Below are positions 33,236 to 51,590 of a stretch of DNA of 64,000 bases, one piece after another. A model generated the notes under the pieces. That model was not told where the DNA came from. It did not search any database and saw nothing but the letters and a program-made list of their open reading frames with translations. Where the stretch lies: NCBI RefSeq assembly GCF_009914755.1, contig NC_060926.1; one strand, 5' to 3'. Position numbers and translations under genes: made by a program. Every line of letters begins with the position of its first letter. The first letter of the stretch is position 1. This DNA comes from the human T2T-CHM13v2.0 reference genome, Homo sapiens.

Positions 33236-33598
33236 TGCATTAGTCCGTTTTCATGCTGCTGAGAAAGACATACCCAAGACTGGGTAATTTATAGAGAAAA
33301 AGAAGTTTAATGTACTCACAGCTCCACGTGGGTGGGGAGGCCTCACAGTCATGGTGGAAGGTGAAAGGCACATCTTATATGGCGGCAGACAAGAGATAAT
33401 GAGAGCCAAACAAAAGGGGAAAATTCCTTATAAGATCATCAGATCTTGTGAGACTTGTTTACTACCATGAGAACAGTATGGGGGAAACCAGCCCCATGAT
33501 TCTATTATCTCCCAGTGAGTCCCTCCCACAACACGTGGGAATTATGGGAGCTACAATTCAAGATGAGACTTGGGTGGGGATGTAGCCGAACCATATCA
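33236..33598 (-). mobile_element. THE1B/C MaLR solo LTR
   Basis: TGCATTAGTCCGTTTTCATGCTGCTG ... CCATATCA with a perfect 5-bp TSD GTTGT (33231-33235 and 33599-33603). Confidence 0.92.
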
Positions 33599-33721
33599 GT
33601 TGTTGAGACCCACAATGGGGAAAGGACCTACTGAAGGTCACACAGGACCGATCATATTGTCCAATAGGTTTTCCCAAATATATCAAAGCCATGTAGTTCA
33701 TTTAAAAACATGTCCCATAGA

Positions 33722-34570
<849 letters not shown>

Positions 34571-35089
34571 AGGGACCCAGAGCCACCTCAGAGACCTCAA
34601 GGAACTGCAGTCTTTCCATGGTGGAACCAGCATTCTGTGCAGAGGGCAGATAAGAAGATGGCAGAGCAGGAGAGGAGTGGAGAAAGAGGGGCTCCAGAAT
34701 CCATGAGTGCTGTGGTACTGCTGAAGCAGCGGGAGCTGGTGGTGCAGTTCAGTCTCAGCTGGAGGTGTGCAGTATGTGAGTGCTCTGAGTACAATGACGT
34801 TCCAGTGCTCTCTGTTCAGGGACATGGGAGCCATTTTGCTGGGCACATAGATCTGAAGGTTGGATTGGGGTTTCCTTTGTGCATCACGGTTGCAAATGCA
34901 GCAGTCGATATCACGCACACAATATTTTTGAATGGGTTGATGGAGGTTGCACGTTGAGTGCCCTCAGCCCTTTTCAGTGGAGGAGAGTGGAGAGGGACTC
35001 AGTGGCAGTAAAGGCAAGGCCACCGTAGGGGAAGAAACACAAAGTACTTGCACCGTCGTTTTACGTACGTTCTCTTTTGCCTTGAAGCC

Positions 35090-35179
35090 TGGCTGCAGCA
35101 TGTAGTTGTGTAGGTTGTGCACTGCACCACTCCAGGAGGCATTATTTACAACCTGTGCAACTCTAACTGGCAGGGACTA
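35090..35179. mobile_element. MER91-like hAT MITE, internally deleted
   Basis: TAGTTGTGTAGGTTGTGCACTGCACCACTCCAGG ... ACAACCTGTGCAAC with an inverted-repeat character. Confidence 0.55.
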
Positions 35180-35385
35180 TGTAAAAGCCAATAGCCAGTC
35201 CCAAATTGCCATTCAAAAAGACTCATTGCCTTGAGGGGGACAACTAGCCTTTTCACAGACATTGGGATGAGATTAACAAGATTCCACCCACACCTCTGAT
35301 GAAAGAGGAGTGGCCCTTCCAGTTATTTTCCCACTGGAGAAGACCTTCAGGAAAATCACAATGTCAGTTGTTCTCGAGTTCTAAC

Positions 35386-35675
35386 TTTTTTATTTTTTTG
35401 AGATGGAGCCTCACTCTGTCGCCCAGGCTGGAGTGCAGTAGCACAATCTCGGCTTACCTCTGCCTCCCAGGCTTAAGCAATTCTCATGCTTCAGCCTCCC
35501 GAGTAGCTGGGAATACAGGCACGCACCACCACGCCCGGCTAATTTTTGTATTTTTAGTAGAGACAGGTTTTCGCCATGTTGGCCAGGCTGGTCTTGAACT
35601 CCTGACCTCAAGTGATCCACCCGCCTCAGCCTCCCAAAGTGCTGGGATTACAGGCGTGAGCCACCACCCCCGGCC
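35386..35675 (-). mobile_element. Alu (AluS)
   Basis: Reverse-complement dimer; TSD TCrAGTTCTAACT. Confidence 0.93.
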
Positions 35676-36615
35676 TCAAGTTCTAACTCTTGATATTTCT
35701 ATTTTATTTTTTATTTACAACACTCAGAAGCAACTTAACCAGAATGATATGCGGATGGAAAATGTTGCAGACTTGGACCCCAAAGTATAAGTTATAGGCC
35801 TAATTTTGGCCTAATGTGATTTGAAATGGGAAACCATAGTTGCAAATAGCCCTGAATGTGATTAAACCCCAATGGGGGTTGGAAATGATGGAGACATGAC
35901 AGATCCCTTGCAATAGCTCACCCCACACAATAGGCTAATGAAATTACGTGCCCGACACACAGAGTATTTTCTGAAAACTGAAAATGCATCTCTGCAGTTC
36001 ATATGCTGGGTATTTTTTTCCTATGGAGAACAATAAATTTCGAAAAATTACTTGTTATATCTTTTTAACTTGCAGGAAGAACTGATTTGCCAGTTCTGTT
36101 TCCTAGAGAATATACAGTTCTCCTGAAAAAACGTCCACCTTCCTTCATAGGTTAATAAGAGAAATCTGGAAGGAAGAATGATAAATTGGCCAGAATGTTG
36201 GGGAAGGAGAAAGTTTGATGTGGACAAAGTCACAAGACTGGGATTAAAATAAGGCATAAGCTGGCCTGGTTTTCACAGAAACTTGGGGTGGAGATTCCTT
36301 CAACCACTGAAAGCTCTAGAGTAGACTTAATTTTGGTACAATCTTGACATATTGTGAGCAAATGTGTTTTGAAGACAGTTTTTACACCCCATTTTAAAAA
36401 AATCCTTTTTTAATCCTACTACTTTATCTCATTGATCTGTTTCCCTGTATTGCAAAGTTTCTTAAAAGTTCACCATTCCTATTGAAACCACTTCAATGCA
36501 AGCTTTTGCCTCTACGACTTCACAAAAACCATGCTGCCTAAGGTCACCAATGGTCACCATGTAATGGAATGTATAATGGAATGTGATAGTTCTTAGTCCC
36601 TCTCTTCCTTTTCCT

Positions 36616-36855
36616 GTTTTTTTTTTTTTTTTTTTTTGAGAGGGAGTCTCACTGTGTCACCCAGGCTGGAGTGCAGTGGTACCATCTTGGCTCATTACCA
36701 CCTCCGCCTCCCAGGTTCAAGCGATTCTCCTGCCTCAGCCTCCTAAGCAGCTGGGATTATAGGCGTGCGCCATCACGCCTAGCTAATTTTTGTATTTTCA
36801 GTAGAGATGTGGTTTCACCATGTTGGCCAGGCCTACCTCAGCCGCCCAAAGTGCT
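36616..36855 (-). mobile_element. Alu with internal deletion and 5' truncation
   Basis: Right arm complete; left arm jumps GGCCAGG-CCTACCTCAG and stops at CAAAGTGCT. Confidence 0.85.
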
Positions 36856-37779
36856 CAGAGACCAGCACAGTGCCCACTGGGGTGGACATCTGACCTTCGT
36901 GTTGGGAAATGCCTAGCAAGATAGATTTGGGTCAGATGGTGGAGGCCCTTGAATGCCTGTCTCAGGAGTTTGGCCTTGATCCTGCATTTTCCAGTAGGCT
37001 TCAGCTTAAGGGGAGTGGGAGCAACTATGAAATTCACTTAGCATAGTTATCTCAGCTGCCTGCCAAGTAGTCTATTTAGTCCAATTCACAGGCAGAGCTT
37101 TGTTGAGCATTGAGAAGTCACTTGCTCCATATGAATCCAATCACCACGGCAGGCACACCTCAAAGAGGGAACACACAGCAGCCTCTGAAAAGCCTGCCCC
37201 ATACTTCAGCAACTCAATTCATGAATATGCTTTTCCAATGTCTGACGCTGCTGCTTAGCAAAGATATTATGGGACAAATCCTTGATTTGACCTTTTGTAT
37301 CTCTATCCATCCCACTGTGCTAAAAGCAATTATGTGCATCTTGTGTGTGGCTGTTGGAATGGGGAGTCACTTAGCGATGGGTCCTTTTCACACTCCAACT
37401 GTCCTCTCGCTCATTCCTTTCCCTCTCTCAAGCTGGCCCGCACAGCAGGCCTCCTCGGCTGCTTGGCAGAGTCTAAAATGGCATCAGGGGGAGGCAAGCA
37501 GGGATGTAAACAGGTGGAAACAGTTCCTGTCATGGTGATTAGCATTCTTCTTGGCCAGGCACAGCTATGGATGAAAGAATGGGGCCACAGGGGGAACAGG
37601 GAGGAGGAAGCTGCCCAGGGAGCGGGAGACAGAGGAGAGATGAACTCTTTGTCAAAGGCACAGACAACTTCCTGCAAAAACTTCCTAGGAAACAAAGCAA
37701 TCCCAGTGTCAGGGTGGGTAGTAGTGGTCTCTGCTGGGGACAGATCACTTGTCACTGTCTTCTTTGCCTGTACTAAGTA

Positions 37780-38125
37780 GACTCGTGTATGCTTATGTCT
37801 GTGTGATTAAATACGAAGATTGACGTCTGTGTATGATAGAATGTACAGCTATGTCTTTGCGTATCTTACGTTGATAACAATGTTTGAATGTCTGTATAAT
37901 GCCTGTGTGTTATACATTTATATACTGTGTCTATATACTTATATGTATATGATGCCTATGTCTATATATTTATATGTATGGGTGCCTCAGAGAGCTCATG
38001 TCGGTGTGTGTCTACATATGTGTTAGAGTGTGTATATGGCGCATGAATGCATGCATGACTGTGCGCATGTCATTTCCAGATGTGTTGAATTCCTTTATGT
38101 ATATGCGTGCGTGGGTGTGCATGCT
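37780..38125. repeat. Degenerate TG/TA-rich low-complexity tract
   Basis: Alternating purine-pyrimidine TGTA/TGTG/TATA words. Confidence 0.7.
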
Positions 38126-38789
38126 GGAATGAAGTACTAGAAAAGGACTGAGTGGGAAAGAGCTCCCGTATCCTCTTGCTGGAGCAGTACAGCATGACTA
38201 CAGAGGACACTCCAATCCTGTCCAGAGAGAGGAGCCCTGATCTTGCTAAATAGGATGAGGGTCTGGATCTTCAGGAACTGGTATCGTTTACTCAGTTCCC
38301 CACTTCCCCCAAACGCCAGGCCTAAAAAGTAGGGGGAAGACCCCAGAGCTAAGGAAGATATCCAGCAAGACAACAGAGGGAGAGAGTTAAAATGCTGGAG
38401 GCAAGACTCTGGAGGAATTGGGGGAAGATCAAGGATTTTTTCTGAGCTTTTGAATATAAATAATTTACCATGGGAAAGTGAGCCGGACTCTTGGGCAAGA
38501 GGTAAATGCAGATATAATAGTGAGTAAAGTGATCTGCTCTCAGCTGAGGCTCACTCCTGATTGAGTTGGGACTTGGCTGCAGAAGGAGAGTAAATAAAAC
38601 CGGTGCTTGGTGGGGAGTTATCTGAGCTGACCTAGACCAGCACTGCTGTTTGAAAGAGCTGAGGACACAGGAGTTGGTCCCAGGTAAAGTCACCTGATGG
38701 AGTCACCATTGACTCTGGAAACTAGGGCAGAAAGGAGAAAATTAGCAATGTCTACAGCCAGAATTATGCCTTGTTACCCAAAAAACTTC

Positions 38790-40405
<1,616 letters not shown>

Positions 40406-41489
40406 TTATACACTGTCATTTTAAATGGCTGCTAAATATCTCTTTGCATGGGCACATTATAATTTATTTAACAGATCTTCATTTGTTAGATATTTACGGT
40501 TTTTTCTTTTTTTTTGGTCTGGATTTTGAAACTTGTGAATAATGATAATCCATAATTTAAAACAATAGTTCTTTTATAGTCCCCTAGGTGGTACTGGTGG
40601 CAAAGGTGACATTCGAAGCAGAATGTTTGACTCTGGGGTTTTATCACCCCCTCCTCAACTCGAGAATAATCTAAGGAGGTCTGAAGGTGACCTGGGATGA
40701 TGATAAGATCATGCAGGTCCCATACCACTAGCTTGAAGCTGCAGTTGCAGGAAGCCACCAGCTGCCATGCAATCTGCAGTGTTTGGAGGGTTTCAGAGTG
40801 ATGGATCTTATCTGATTGTAGACACTGCTAACTTTCTCTAGGAAGCAGCCTTCTTGTTCTGGTTCCATGCACAATGGCAGCATCACTGAGAACCCTATGG
40901 AGAACTACCACTCTCTGCCTTCAGCCCTTGCAGACAGCAGAGAAGGCCAGGGCACAGAGCAGAGACTTCAGCAGACTTGCTCAATCTCGGCAAAGAGTTT
41001 CATATAGAGGGTGTTTTTCCTGTTCTGGATCAGTCTGGTTGCTATTTCTACCTGGATCTCCTGAAATTTGTTTTGCCTGCTTTGGCCTTCAAGTATTTTC
41101 TGAACAGAAGGAGGAAGCAGAGATTAAGAGATACCACAGCTCTCACTCTTCCAGACCCAGGTGAACGCTTCATGTCTCCATAAATCCTCCCAGGCAGGGG
41201 GCGGGATTTCTCCGTCTTGGCTCCCACACCTCAGCCCGTACTGCTCTTACCACAGGACTGTCTGCACCTGAGACTGAGAGCCTCTCAAGGCCAGGGACTA
41301 GATTCTACTTACCTGCTTGCACGCAACACCTGGCCTAGTGTTGTACACATGGCACAATGCTTAATGAGTGCTGCATAGAAGGGTACGTAGCAGCACGAAC
41401 CCACCCCAGTTCCACTGCATCATCATTCCAGCCAACCCCCGATGACCAGTCCCCTCTGCTCCTGCGGACGATCTCAGCTAAGTAAGCCT

Positions 41490-41715
41490 GTAGACTCTGA
41501 AGCCAGGGCATGTGGGTTCAGATCTCTTCTCCATTTACTAGTATGATCTTGGGTTACTCACCTAACATAGCTGTGCTTCAGTGTCCTCATCTGTCAAATA
41601 GAGGTAACAATAGGACCTACCTCATTATTAGGCAGGGTGAAGATTATTTGGCTAGTGTGTGTAAAGCACTAAGAGCAGTAGCGGGTACACGGGAAGTTCT
41701 CAGTCATGGCTAGCT
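41490..41715 (+). mobile_element. MIR SINE
   Basis: GTGCTTCAGTGTCCTCATCTGTCAAATAGAGGTAACAATAGGACCTACCTCAT core. Confidence 0.7.
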
Positions 41716-41967
41716 GTGGCCATTCTTTCAAAACAAAAGAAGTGTTCCTTGAGTGAGCCTTATAGCCAACCTTGGAAGACTTGGCTTCTTGTGATTACAT
41801 CTCTTCTGACTGTTTAAAAGTAGCTCTGCTCTTTCAAGTTTCTCTCTTCCTCTCTCTAGGGGCCTAAACCATGGCTCTCTGGAAGCCATTAAGCATAGCA
41901 TGACCTGTGCTGTCCATGTTTATCCAATGAAGAGTACCTGGACTTTATTACTCTACTGCATCAGAGG

Positions 41968-42249
41968 TTTGTTTTTTTGTTTGTTTTTTTTTTTTTGAGA
42001 CAGGGTCTCACTCCTGTTGCCCAGGCTGGAATGCAGTGGTGCCATCACAGCTCACTGAACCCTCGACTTTCTGGGCTTAAGTGATTCTCCCATCTCAGCC
42101 TCCTGAGTAACTGGGATTACAGGTGCTTTTGTAGAGATGAAGTTTCACCATGTTGCCCAGACTGGTCTCAAACTCCTGGGCTCAAGTGATCCACACACCT
42201 TGGCCTCCCAAAGTTCTCAGATTATAGGTGTGAGCCACGGCACCCGGCC
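41968..42249 (-). mobile_element. Alu (AluJ-like, linker deleted)
   Basis: Reverse-complement Alu; flanked by CAGAGGT. Confidence 0.88.
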
Positions 42250-42598
42250 CAGAGGTGGGTCTCTCTCAAGCACATGTTTCAGGGATTAAAGGATAATCTT
42301 TGTCCCCTGACCTTACACAATCAAAATCTGATGCTTGGTTCCAAACTCACCTTTGTAATTTCCCCCCAGGACCCTGGAAGCCCCATTCATGCCAGTAGGG
42401 TGTTGGTGGCCTATAGTGACACCAAGACTGTTTGAGGTAGACACAGTGACTCATTGGCACATTGGCTTTCATCAGAAGAAAATGACACATGCTCTAAATT
42501 GTACATGGAGGCTTGGGTATGGGCTCATGGAATTGTTCACATTCTCAGAGTCCTTTGTAATATCTAGTACCTTACATTTCTTAAAAAGAGCTTTTCTG

Positions 42599-42900
42599 GG
42601 GCCGAGCATGGTGCCTCATGTCTGTAACCCCAGCACCTTGGGAGGCCGAGGTGGGTGGATCACTTGAGGTCAGGAGCTTGAGACCAACCTGGCCAATATG
42701 GTGAAACCTATCTATGAAAAGTACAAAAAATTAGTCAGGCATGGTGGCAGGCACCTGTAATCCCAGTTACTCAGGAGGCTGAGGCAAGAGAATGACTTGA
42801 ATCCCGGAGGCAGAGGTTGCAGTGAGCCAAGATTGCGTCACTGCACTCCAGCCTGGGTGACAGAGTAAGACCCCACCTCAATAAAAAAATAAAAAATAAA
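42599..42900 (+). mobile_element. Alu (AluS)
   Basis: Dimer; flanked by CTTTTCTGG. Confidence 0.92.
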
Positions 42901-42999
42901 ATTTAAAAATTGACTTTTCTGGAATTAGAAAAACCGTGTGGGTCTCAAGCAAGGCAAGTCTTTCACAACATGTGGAGGAGGTAAACTCTGTCCCTAGTA

Positions 43000-43510
43000 C
43001 ATTCATCTGTTCATTCAAGCCCTGTTTACTGATTCATGCTGTATTTGTTGAGTGACTATTATGCTGGGCAGTGTCATAGCCAAAAGTCAGACATGGAACT
43101 TGTGCCCTGGGGGCTCACAGTTAACCGGAGGATACAGGCAATACATGTAGTACAGTGCATAATATGCTCCAATGAAGGAAGTACAAGGAACTATGGGGAT
43201 ATGAGGCTGGGCCATCAAACTCTGACTGAGATGAGTGGGGAAGTGTTCCTGGAGGACTGATGTCTGAAATGAAATCTGAAGAATGAATAGGAGTTAGGCA
43301 GTCAAAGGAGTGGGTGCAACATGTTTAAAGCAAAGGTCAGAAAGCAAATGAGAGCAGGGAATGGGGAAGGGCATGAAAGATGTTGGGTGTTGCACGATTC
43401 TAGTGTTACAATGGCAAGGGTGATGAGAGATAAAGCTGGGAAGGCAGGCAAGGGCCAGAGCATGACGGGTATTGTGAGCCAGGTAAGGAACTGGACTGTT
43501 CTCCCCATTC
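43000..43510 (-). mobile_element. L2 3' fragment
   Basis: CATTCATCTGTTCATTCAA...TATTTGTTGAGTGACTATTATG...GAATGAATAGGAGTTAGGCAG. Confidence 0.65.
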
Positions 43511-44252
43511 CATAAATATTGTCCTGTGTCCCATTCTTCCTGATTCCCAGTTACTGTCAGCTGATAAGGCCTAATACTCACTGGGAAGGTGGGGAGGTGC
43601 TGCATTTTAGAAAGGACCACAGAGGAGAAGTAAAACATTTTGCCCAAGACAATGAGACTATAATGGTGTAATGACAGGCAGTGGGATGGACATTCCGAAA
43701 GTGGGGAATTTGACTGAAATCCTCTTCAAGCAGCACTTTTTAAGTAATTGGCTGCTGCTGAGACTCAGGAGACTGAGTTCTTTGTTTTCGTTTTTCCTAA
43801 GAGTCAAGTGGACTAATTTTTGCCTCGTAAGAACACAGAAGCCTTAACTTTGTGCATTGTGCCCAGGCAGTAGCCAGCAAGCACACAGGAGCAGTTTAAA
43901 TAGACTGAAAGCAAGGGGACATGTGTCACAGGGCCTCTCACAGCAGACAGCACAGAGTAGACACTAAATAAACACTTCCTGAACTTGACACCCTTTTGAC
44001 TAGCCATCCTCAGATGCTCACTGGCCCCTCCCGAGCACCAGGCATAGTGTGCAGTAAGTGGTACTAAGAAGTACAAAGACAAATTAAGACCCAGGAGTGT
44101 GTGGTCCAGTTCAGGAGTTCAGACATCTCCACTTTAAATGCACATGGCACCACATGGCAGTATTGAGGCCCAACAAATGGATGGCTGAGACAAGCAGGGC
44201 TTTGGGTGCTGTCTTCTGGAAAGTTTCCTGGAGGAGACAGGACTTGAGGAGG

Positions 44253-44616
44253 TATATTAGTCTGTTCTCATGCTGCTATGAAGAAATACCCAAGACTGGG
44301 TAATTTATAAAGGAAAGAAATTTAATTGACTCACAGTTCTGCATGGCTGGGGAGGCCTCAAGAAACTTACAATCATGGTGGAAGGCACCTTTTCATAGGG
44401 CGGCAGGAGAGAGAATGAGTGCAAGTAGGGGAAATGCCAGACGCTTATAAAACCGTCAGATCTCGTGAGAACTCATTCACTATCACAAGAACAGCATGGA
44501 AGTAACCACCCCCATGATTCAATTACCTCCCACCGGGTCCCTCCCACGACACATGGGGATTATGGGAACTACAATTTGAGATGAGATTTGAGTAGGGACA
44601 CAGCCAAACCATATCA
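44253..44616 (-). mobile_element. THE1D-like LTR (3' LTR)
   Basis: TATATTAGTCTGTTCTCATGCTGCTATGAAGAAATACCC ... CAGCCAAACCATATCA. Confidence 0.9.
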
Positions 44617-46387
<1,771 letters not shown>

Positions 46388-46781
46388 GTAAAAAGAGTAG
46401 AGAAAGGGGAGGTGACACCAAGGTTCATTAAGGTATATTGACCTGCAGGTGATGAGAAGTCAATATTGATTTCTAGTGGAAAGTTTTACTGTGAATCAAA
46501 ATCCAAAGTACAAAAGAGTTGTTTGATGTTTTCTATCACAATACAGCTCACTGATGTGTAGGCTTGGCTATAATTTCATTTTGCCTCCTGGGGCAAAGTT
46601 TATAACAAGTACATTTGAAGGCAGAAACATGTTCTTTTCCCTAGGTGGGTTGAAAGGGTTGCCTCAGGTCTGGCTGTGTCAGTGAGGGCTGTCATGCAAA
46701 AAAGGAAAACACAGGTAACCAATCCTGCGTCTTCCTCCCCGTTGCTCTGCGCTGCTCCGAAAAGTCCCCATTCTGGCTCCC

Positions 46782-47083
46782 TTTTTCTTCTTTTTTTTAA
46801 AAAAAATTTAAAAGTAAACTTTAATGTCAAAAATGAAAACTTGGGGAGGGCAGAAAGATCACACACACGGCAGCCACTTCACACTTGGAGGGTTGCACAG
46901 CAGCCGGGCAGAGGTGCTCCTCACTTCCCAGGCAGGGTGGCCTCTGGGCAGAGGGGCCACTTCCCAGACGGTGTGGCGGCCGGGCGAGGCGCTCCTCTCT
47001 TCCCAGACGGAGCGGCGACTGGGCAGAGGCGCTTCTCACTTGCCAGATGGTGGGGCGGCCGGGCAGAGGCTCTCCTCACTTCA
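46782..47083 (-). mobile_element. SVA2-like element (VNTR plus unique 3' tail, no SINE-R)
   Basis: About five SVA-type VNTR units (GGGCAGAGGCGCTCCTCACTTCCCAG) joined on minus to TGTGCAACCCTCCAAGTGTGAAGTGG...GTGTGATCTTTCTGCCCTCCCCAAGTTTTCATTTTTGACATTAAAGTTTAC and an A-rich tail. Confidence 0.8.
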
Positions 47084-47089
47084 GAAATA

Positions 47090-47660
47090 AGTCCCAGAAC
47101 CAATGTCTCTCTCTGTTCTTTGCCCCAACCTCCCTGTCGCTCTGGTCCTTTTTCCCGAAGAAGCAATAGAAGGGACCCTCTCTGGAATTTGCTTATCTGA
47201 CTTCTAAGAACGCTTAAATGCAATTGTCTTAAGACTCCCTCCCTGGGGATCTCATCAACTAACCAGGAATGATCAACCATGAGAGAAGAGACTCAAGTCA
47301 TCACCATGCCGAGGCTGACTTTTCCTCTGTTATGCGGGTAGCTCCAAGAGATTACCCGCAGCGGGGAACTTTAGTTGCATAATAAGACAACCTTTGTTCC
47401 TGTGAAGCAACCTCTGTTCCTTACGTTTCTGTACTGGTGGCCTCCCAACGCCATTCGTTCTCCCTAATGATTTACTACCCCTTCAAAGAATTGTCTACAA
47501 TTCCCATCTCCCCCCTCCCTTATGAAAAAAGGGGAGCTTCTGGACTGCACTGTTTTTTGGGTGATCAGTCTGTAATTTCCTCCCATGCATGTTAATGTTT
47601 TTATGCCTTTTCTCCAATGAATCTACCTTTAGTCAGTTGGTTTTCAGTGAATTTTCAGAC
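47090..47660 (+). mobile_element. ERV1 LTR fragment (MER34/MER39-like)
   Basis: GCATAATAAGACAACCTTTGTTC and 3' TATGCCTTTTCTCC..AATCTACCTTTAGTCAGTTGGTTTTCAGTGAA. Confidence 0.6.
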
Positions 47661-47858
47661 ACTTCCCTGGAGGAGACATGAGGGCTTTAGGTGGCAACCT
47701 AGGGAGGTTACAGGGAGCTGCTCTTGGCAACTATAACTGTAAGGGAGTAAGGACTAAGCAGAGAGAGAAACTGAGCTCTGGCACTGTTAATAAAGGCCTC
47801 CATTGATCCCGTGGGGAGCTCTGAAGCTGGGATAGTCTTTTAGAATTGCTCTCAAATG

Positions 47859-48372
<514 letters not shown>

Positions 48373-48866
48373 TCATCTGTAGAGGAGTCCAAGCTGGTGA
48401 CTGGTTGGGAGTTGCAGCCTGACCTCAGAAGATCTGCAGAACCAGTATGAGGAGAGGTGGAGCCAAGTCACTACGGAGGAGGTGGCAGCATTCCGGGGGG
48501 AACAGGGCTGTGCATTTCCCAAGCGAAGGGAACACATTGTGCTTCATGCCACCCATGATGCCTCAGCAGCAGAGGCAGAGAACCAAAGCCAATGCCTGGA
48601 GATAAGTAGGAGAAGGCAGCTCAGCTGGAGAGCACGTGTACAGCAGCAGCCCTTCCCACAAGGCCATGAGGTTCTGTAGGGCCTTACTGCTCTCAGCTAC
48701 TATCTTGGAAGGGAGGAAGGGAAGCCTTCTCTGGAGGAGAGATTTTAGGGGATATTTGGAAGACTGAGCAATTTACATTTGAACGACTGTAATTACTCAG
48801 CAAAAACTGAGTTAACAACTCTCAATCCCGCCATTTTTTTAAAGCTAGATGTAATAGAATTCGCCT

Positions 48867-49478
<612 letters not shown>

Positions 49479-49523
49479 AGAATTAGCTTCAATTGGGAAG
49501 CTTAAGTCGTCACCTCATCGTAA

Positions 49524-50183
<660 letters not shown>

Positions 50184-50366
50184 GTGAAGAAGCTAATTTT
50201 TTCCCCCAGCTGAATTCTGATATGTAAATTTCATCCCTCCCAGTTCCCTCTTTCCCTCAAGCCTTATCCTAAACAACTACTTCCAAAGTTATCTTTAGGA
50301 AACACAGGTTTGATCATGATGCTTCCCTGTTCAAACCATTGATGGCACTCCAATTGCATGTAGAAC

Positions 50367-50403
50367 ACTACACTTGATCTTAGCCAAAAGGCTGAGAAGC
50401 AAT
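50367..50403 (-). pseudogene. U2 snRNA pseudogene, first 37 nt only
   Basis: Minus strand reads ATTGCTTCTCAGCCTTTTGGCTAAGATCAAGTGTAGT, versus U2 ATCGCTTCTCGGCCTTTTGGCTAAGATCAAGTGTAGT: two CpG-type changes. Confidence 0.92.
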
Positions 50404-50489
50404 TGCCTATAAAATAAAGTTAAAACTGCTAAGCTTTTCATACCCTGTCTATTCCCACCTACCATTTCCAGAGATATCAGCCCTGTCTC

Positions 50490-50750
50490 AAGACAGGGTT
50501 TTGCCATGTTGGCCAGGCTGGTCTCGAACTCCTGACCTCAGGTGATCCGCCCACCTCAGCCTCCCAAAGTGCTGGAATTACAGGCGTGACCTACTGTGCC
50601 CAGCCTTGGCTACTTTTTCTTTAAAGTTTTTGTAGAGATGAAGTCTTGCTATGTTGCCCAGCCTGGTATCAAACTCCTGGACTCAACAAACCCTCCAGTG
50701 CTGGCCCCCCAAAACACTAGGATTACAGGCATGAGACACCACGCCTGGCC
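50490..50750 (-). mobile_element. Two Alu left-arm fragments
   Basis: 50490-50605 is AluS-like and 50612-50750 is AluJ/FLAM-like. Confidence 0.82.
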
Positions 50751-50759
50751 CTAGCACAG

Positions 50760-51549
50760 TTTTTTGGGTTTTTTTTTCACTGTGTAAGGAATTTTTATTA
50801 AAGCAAGAATTTTATAATCCAAATTACGTTTCCTTGCTCAGTTATCAATTCTGTTACTTAAAACAGAACTGACATTTTGAGCTATTTCACAGTAAATAAT
50901 TATAAAATTAAAGAAAGGAATGCTTTAAATTTTTGTACTTTGCTGAAAATTCTTTTTCCCGGGGTCTATAAAAGATTAATTTGTTTTTATATTTTACTAC
51001 TTTTTGTGGTTTTTTTTGTTTGTTTTTAAATCAATAAGTAATCTAGGACTAGCATTATGTTTGCTAGACCTGGCATTTGCTCAGTACATAAGGTTCAAAG
51101 TTTCCTTTCCTTTTCTTATTTGTTTTATAGTTTGCAATTTTTTTCCATAATATTTAAGTTTTCTGATGTTTAGATATTTCTCTTCGGTGCAGCACAAGTT
51201 TCTTTTCATGGTTCCTGATCAATTTTAAACAGTTGAACAGCAGTGGCACTGTTAACTGCTTTCTGGGCAGCCTCTTTAGCTCGGTGGGCTTGTAGTACAG
51301 CTACAGCTTCAACAACCTTAGAATGGAGTGACTCTGGAGACTCGAGCATATGAAGAAGTTCTGAATTATCAGTCTCCAACCACATGCCAGTGATTTTACC
51401 AGCAAGAGTAGGGTGCATAGCTTGAATAAGAGGAAACAGCCGTTCACCCAATATTCGCTTTTGCTCCTGAGGAGGGGCAGATGCCAACATGGAAGCAAAG
51501 GTTCCTTACCTTGTACATGAACAGCAGCAGGCTGTTGCATTGTAACTTG
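50760..51549 (-). pseudogene. 5'-truncated processed pseudogene of PABPC1 (C-terminal MLLE/PABC domain plus 3'UTR)
   Basis: Peptide [83 protein letters not shown], intronless and frameshifted. 3'UTR ends AATAAAAATTCCTTACACAGTG plus poly(A). TSD AGCACAGTTTT at 50753 and 51551. Confidence 0.95.
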
Positions 51550-51590
51550 AAGCACAGTTTTGTTTTTTGTTTTTGTTTTTTTTTTTTTTT

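Noticed and set aside
37110-37780. Overlapping 142-aa and 161-aa ORFs
   Set aside because: No homology recognised, weak starts and no clear splice signals.
40874-41164. 96-aa ORF ending at CAG|GTGAAC
   Set aside because: Could be a non-coding exon, but the support is a single modest donor motif.
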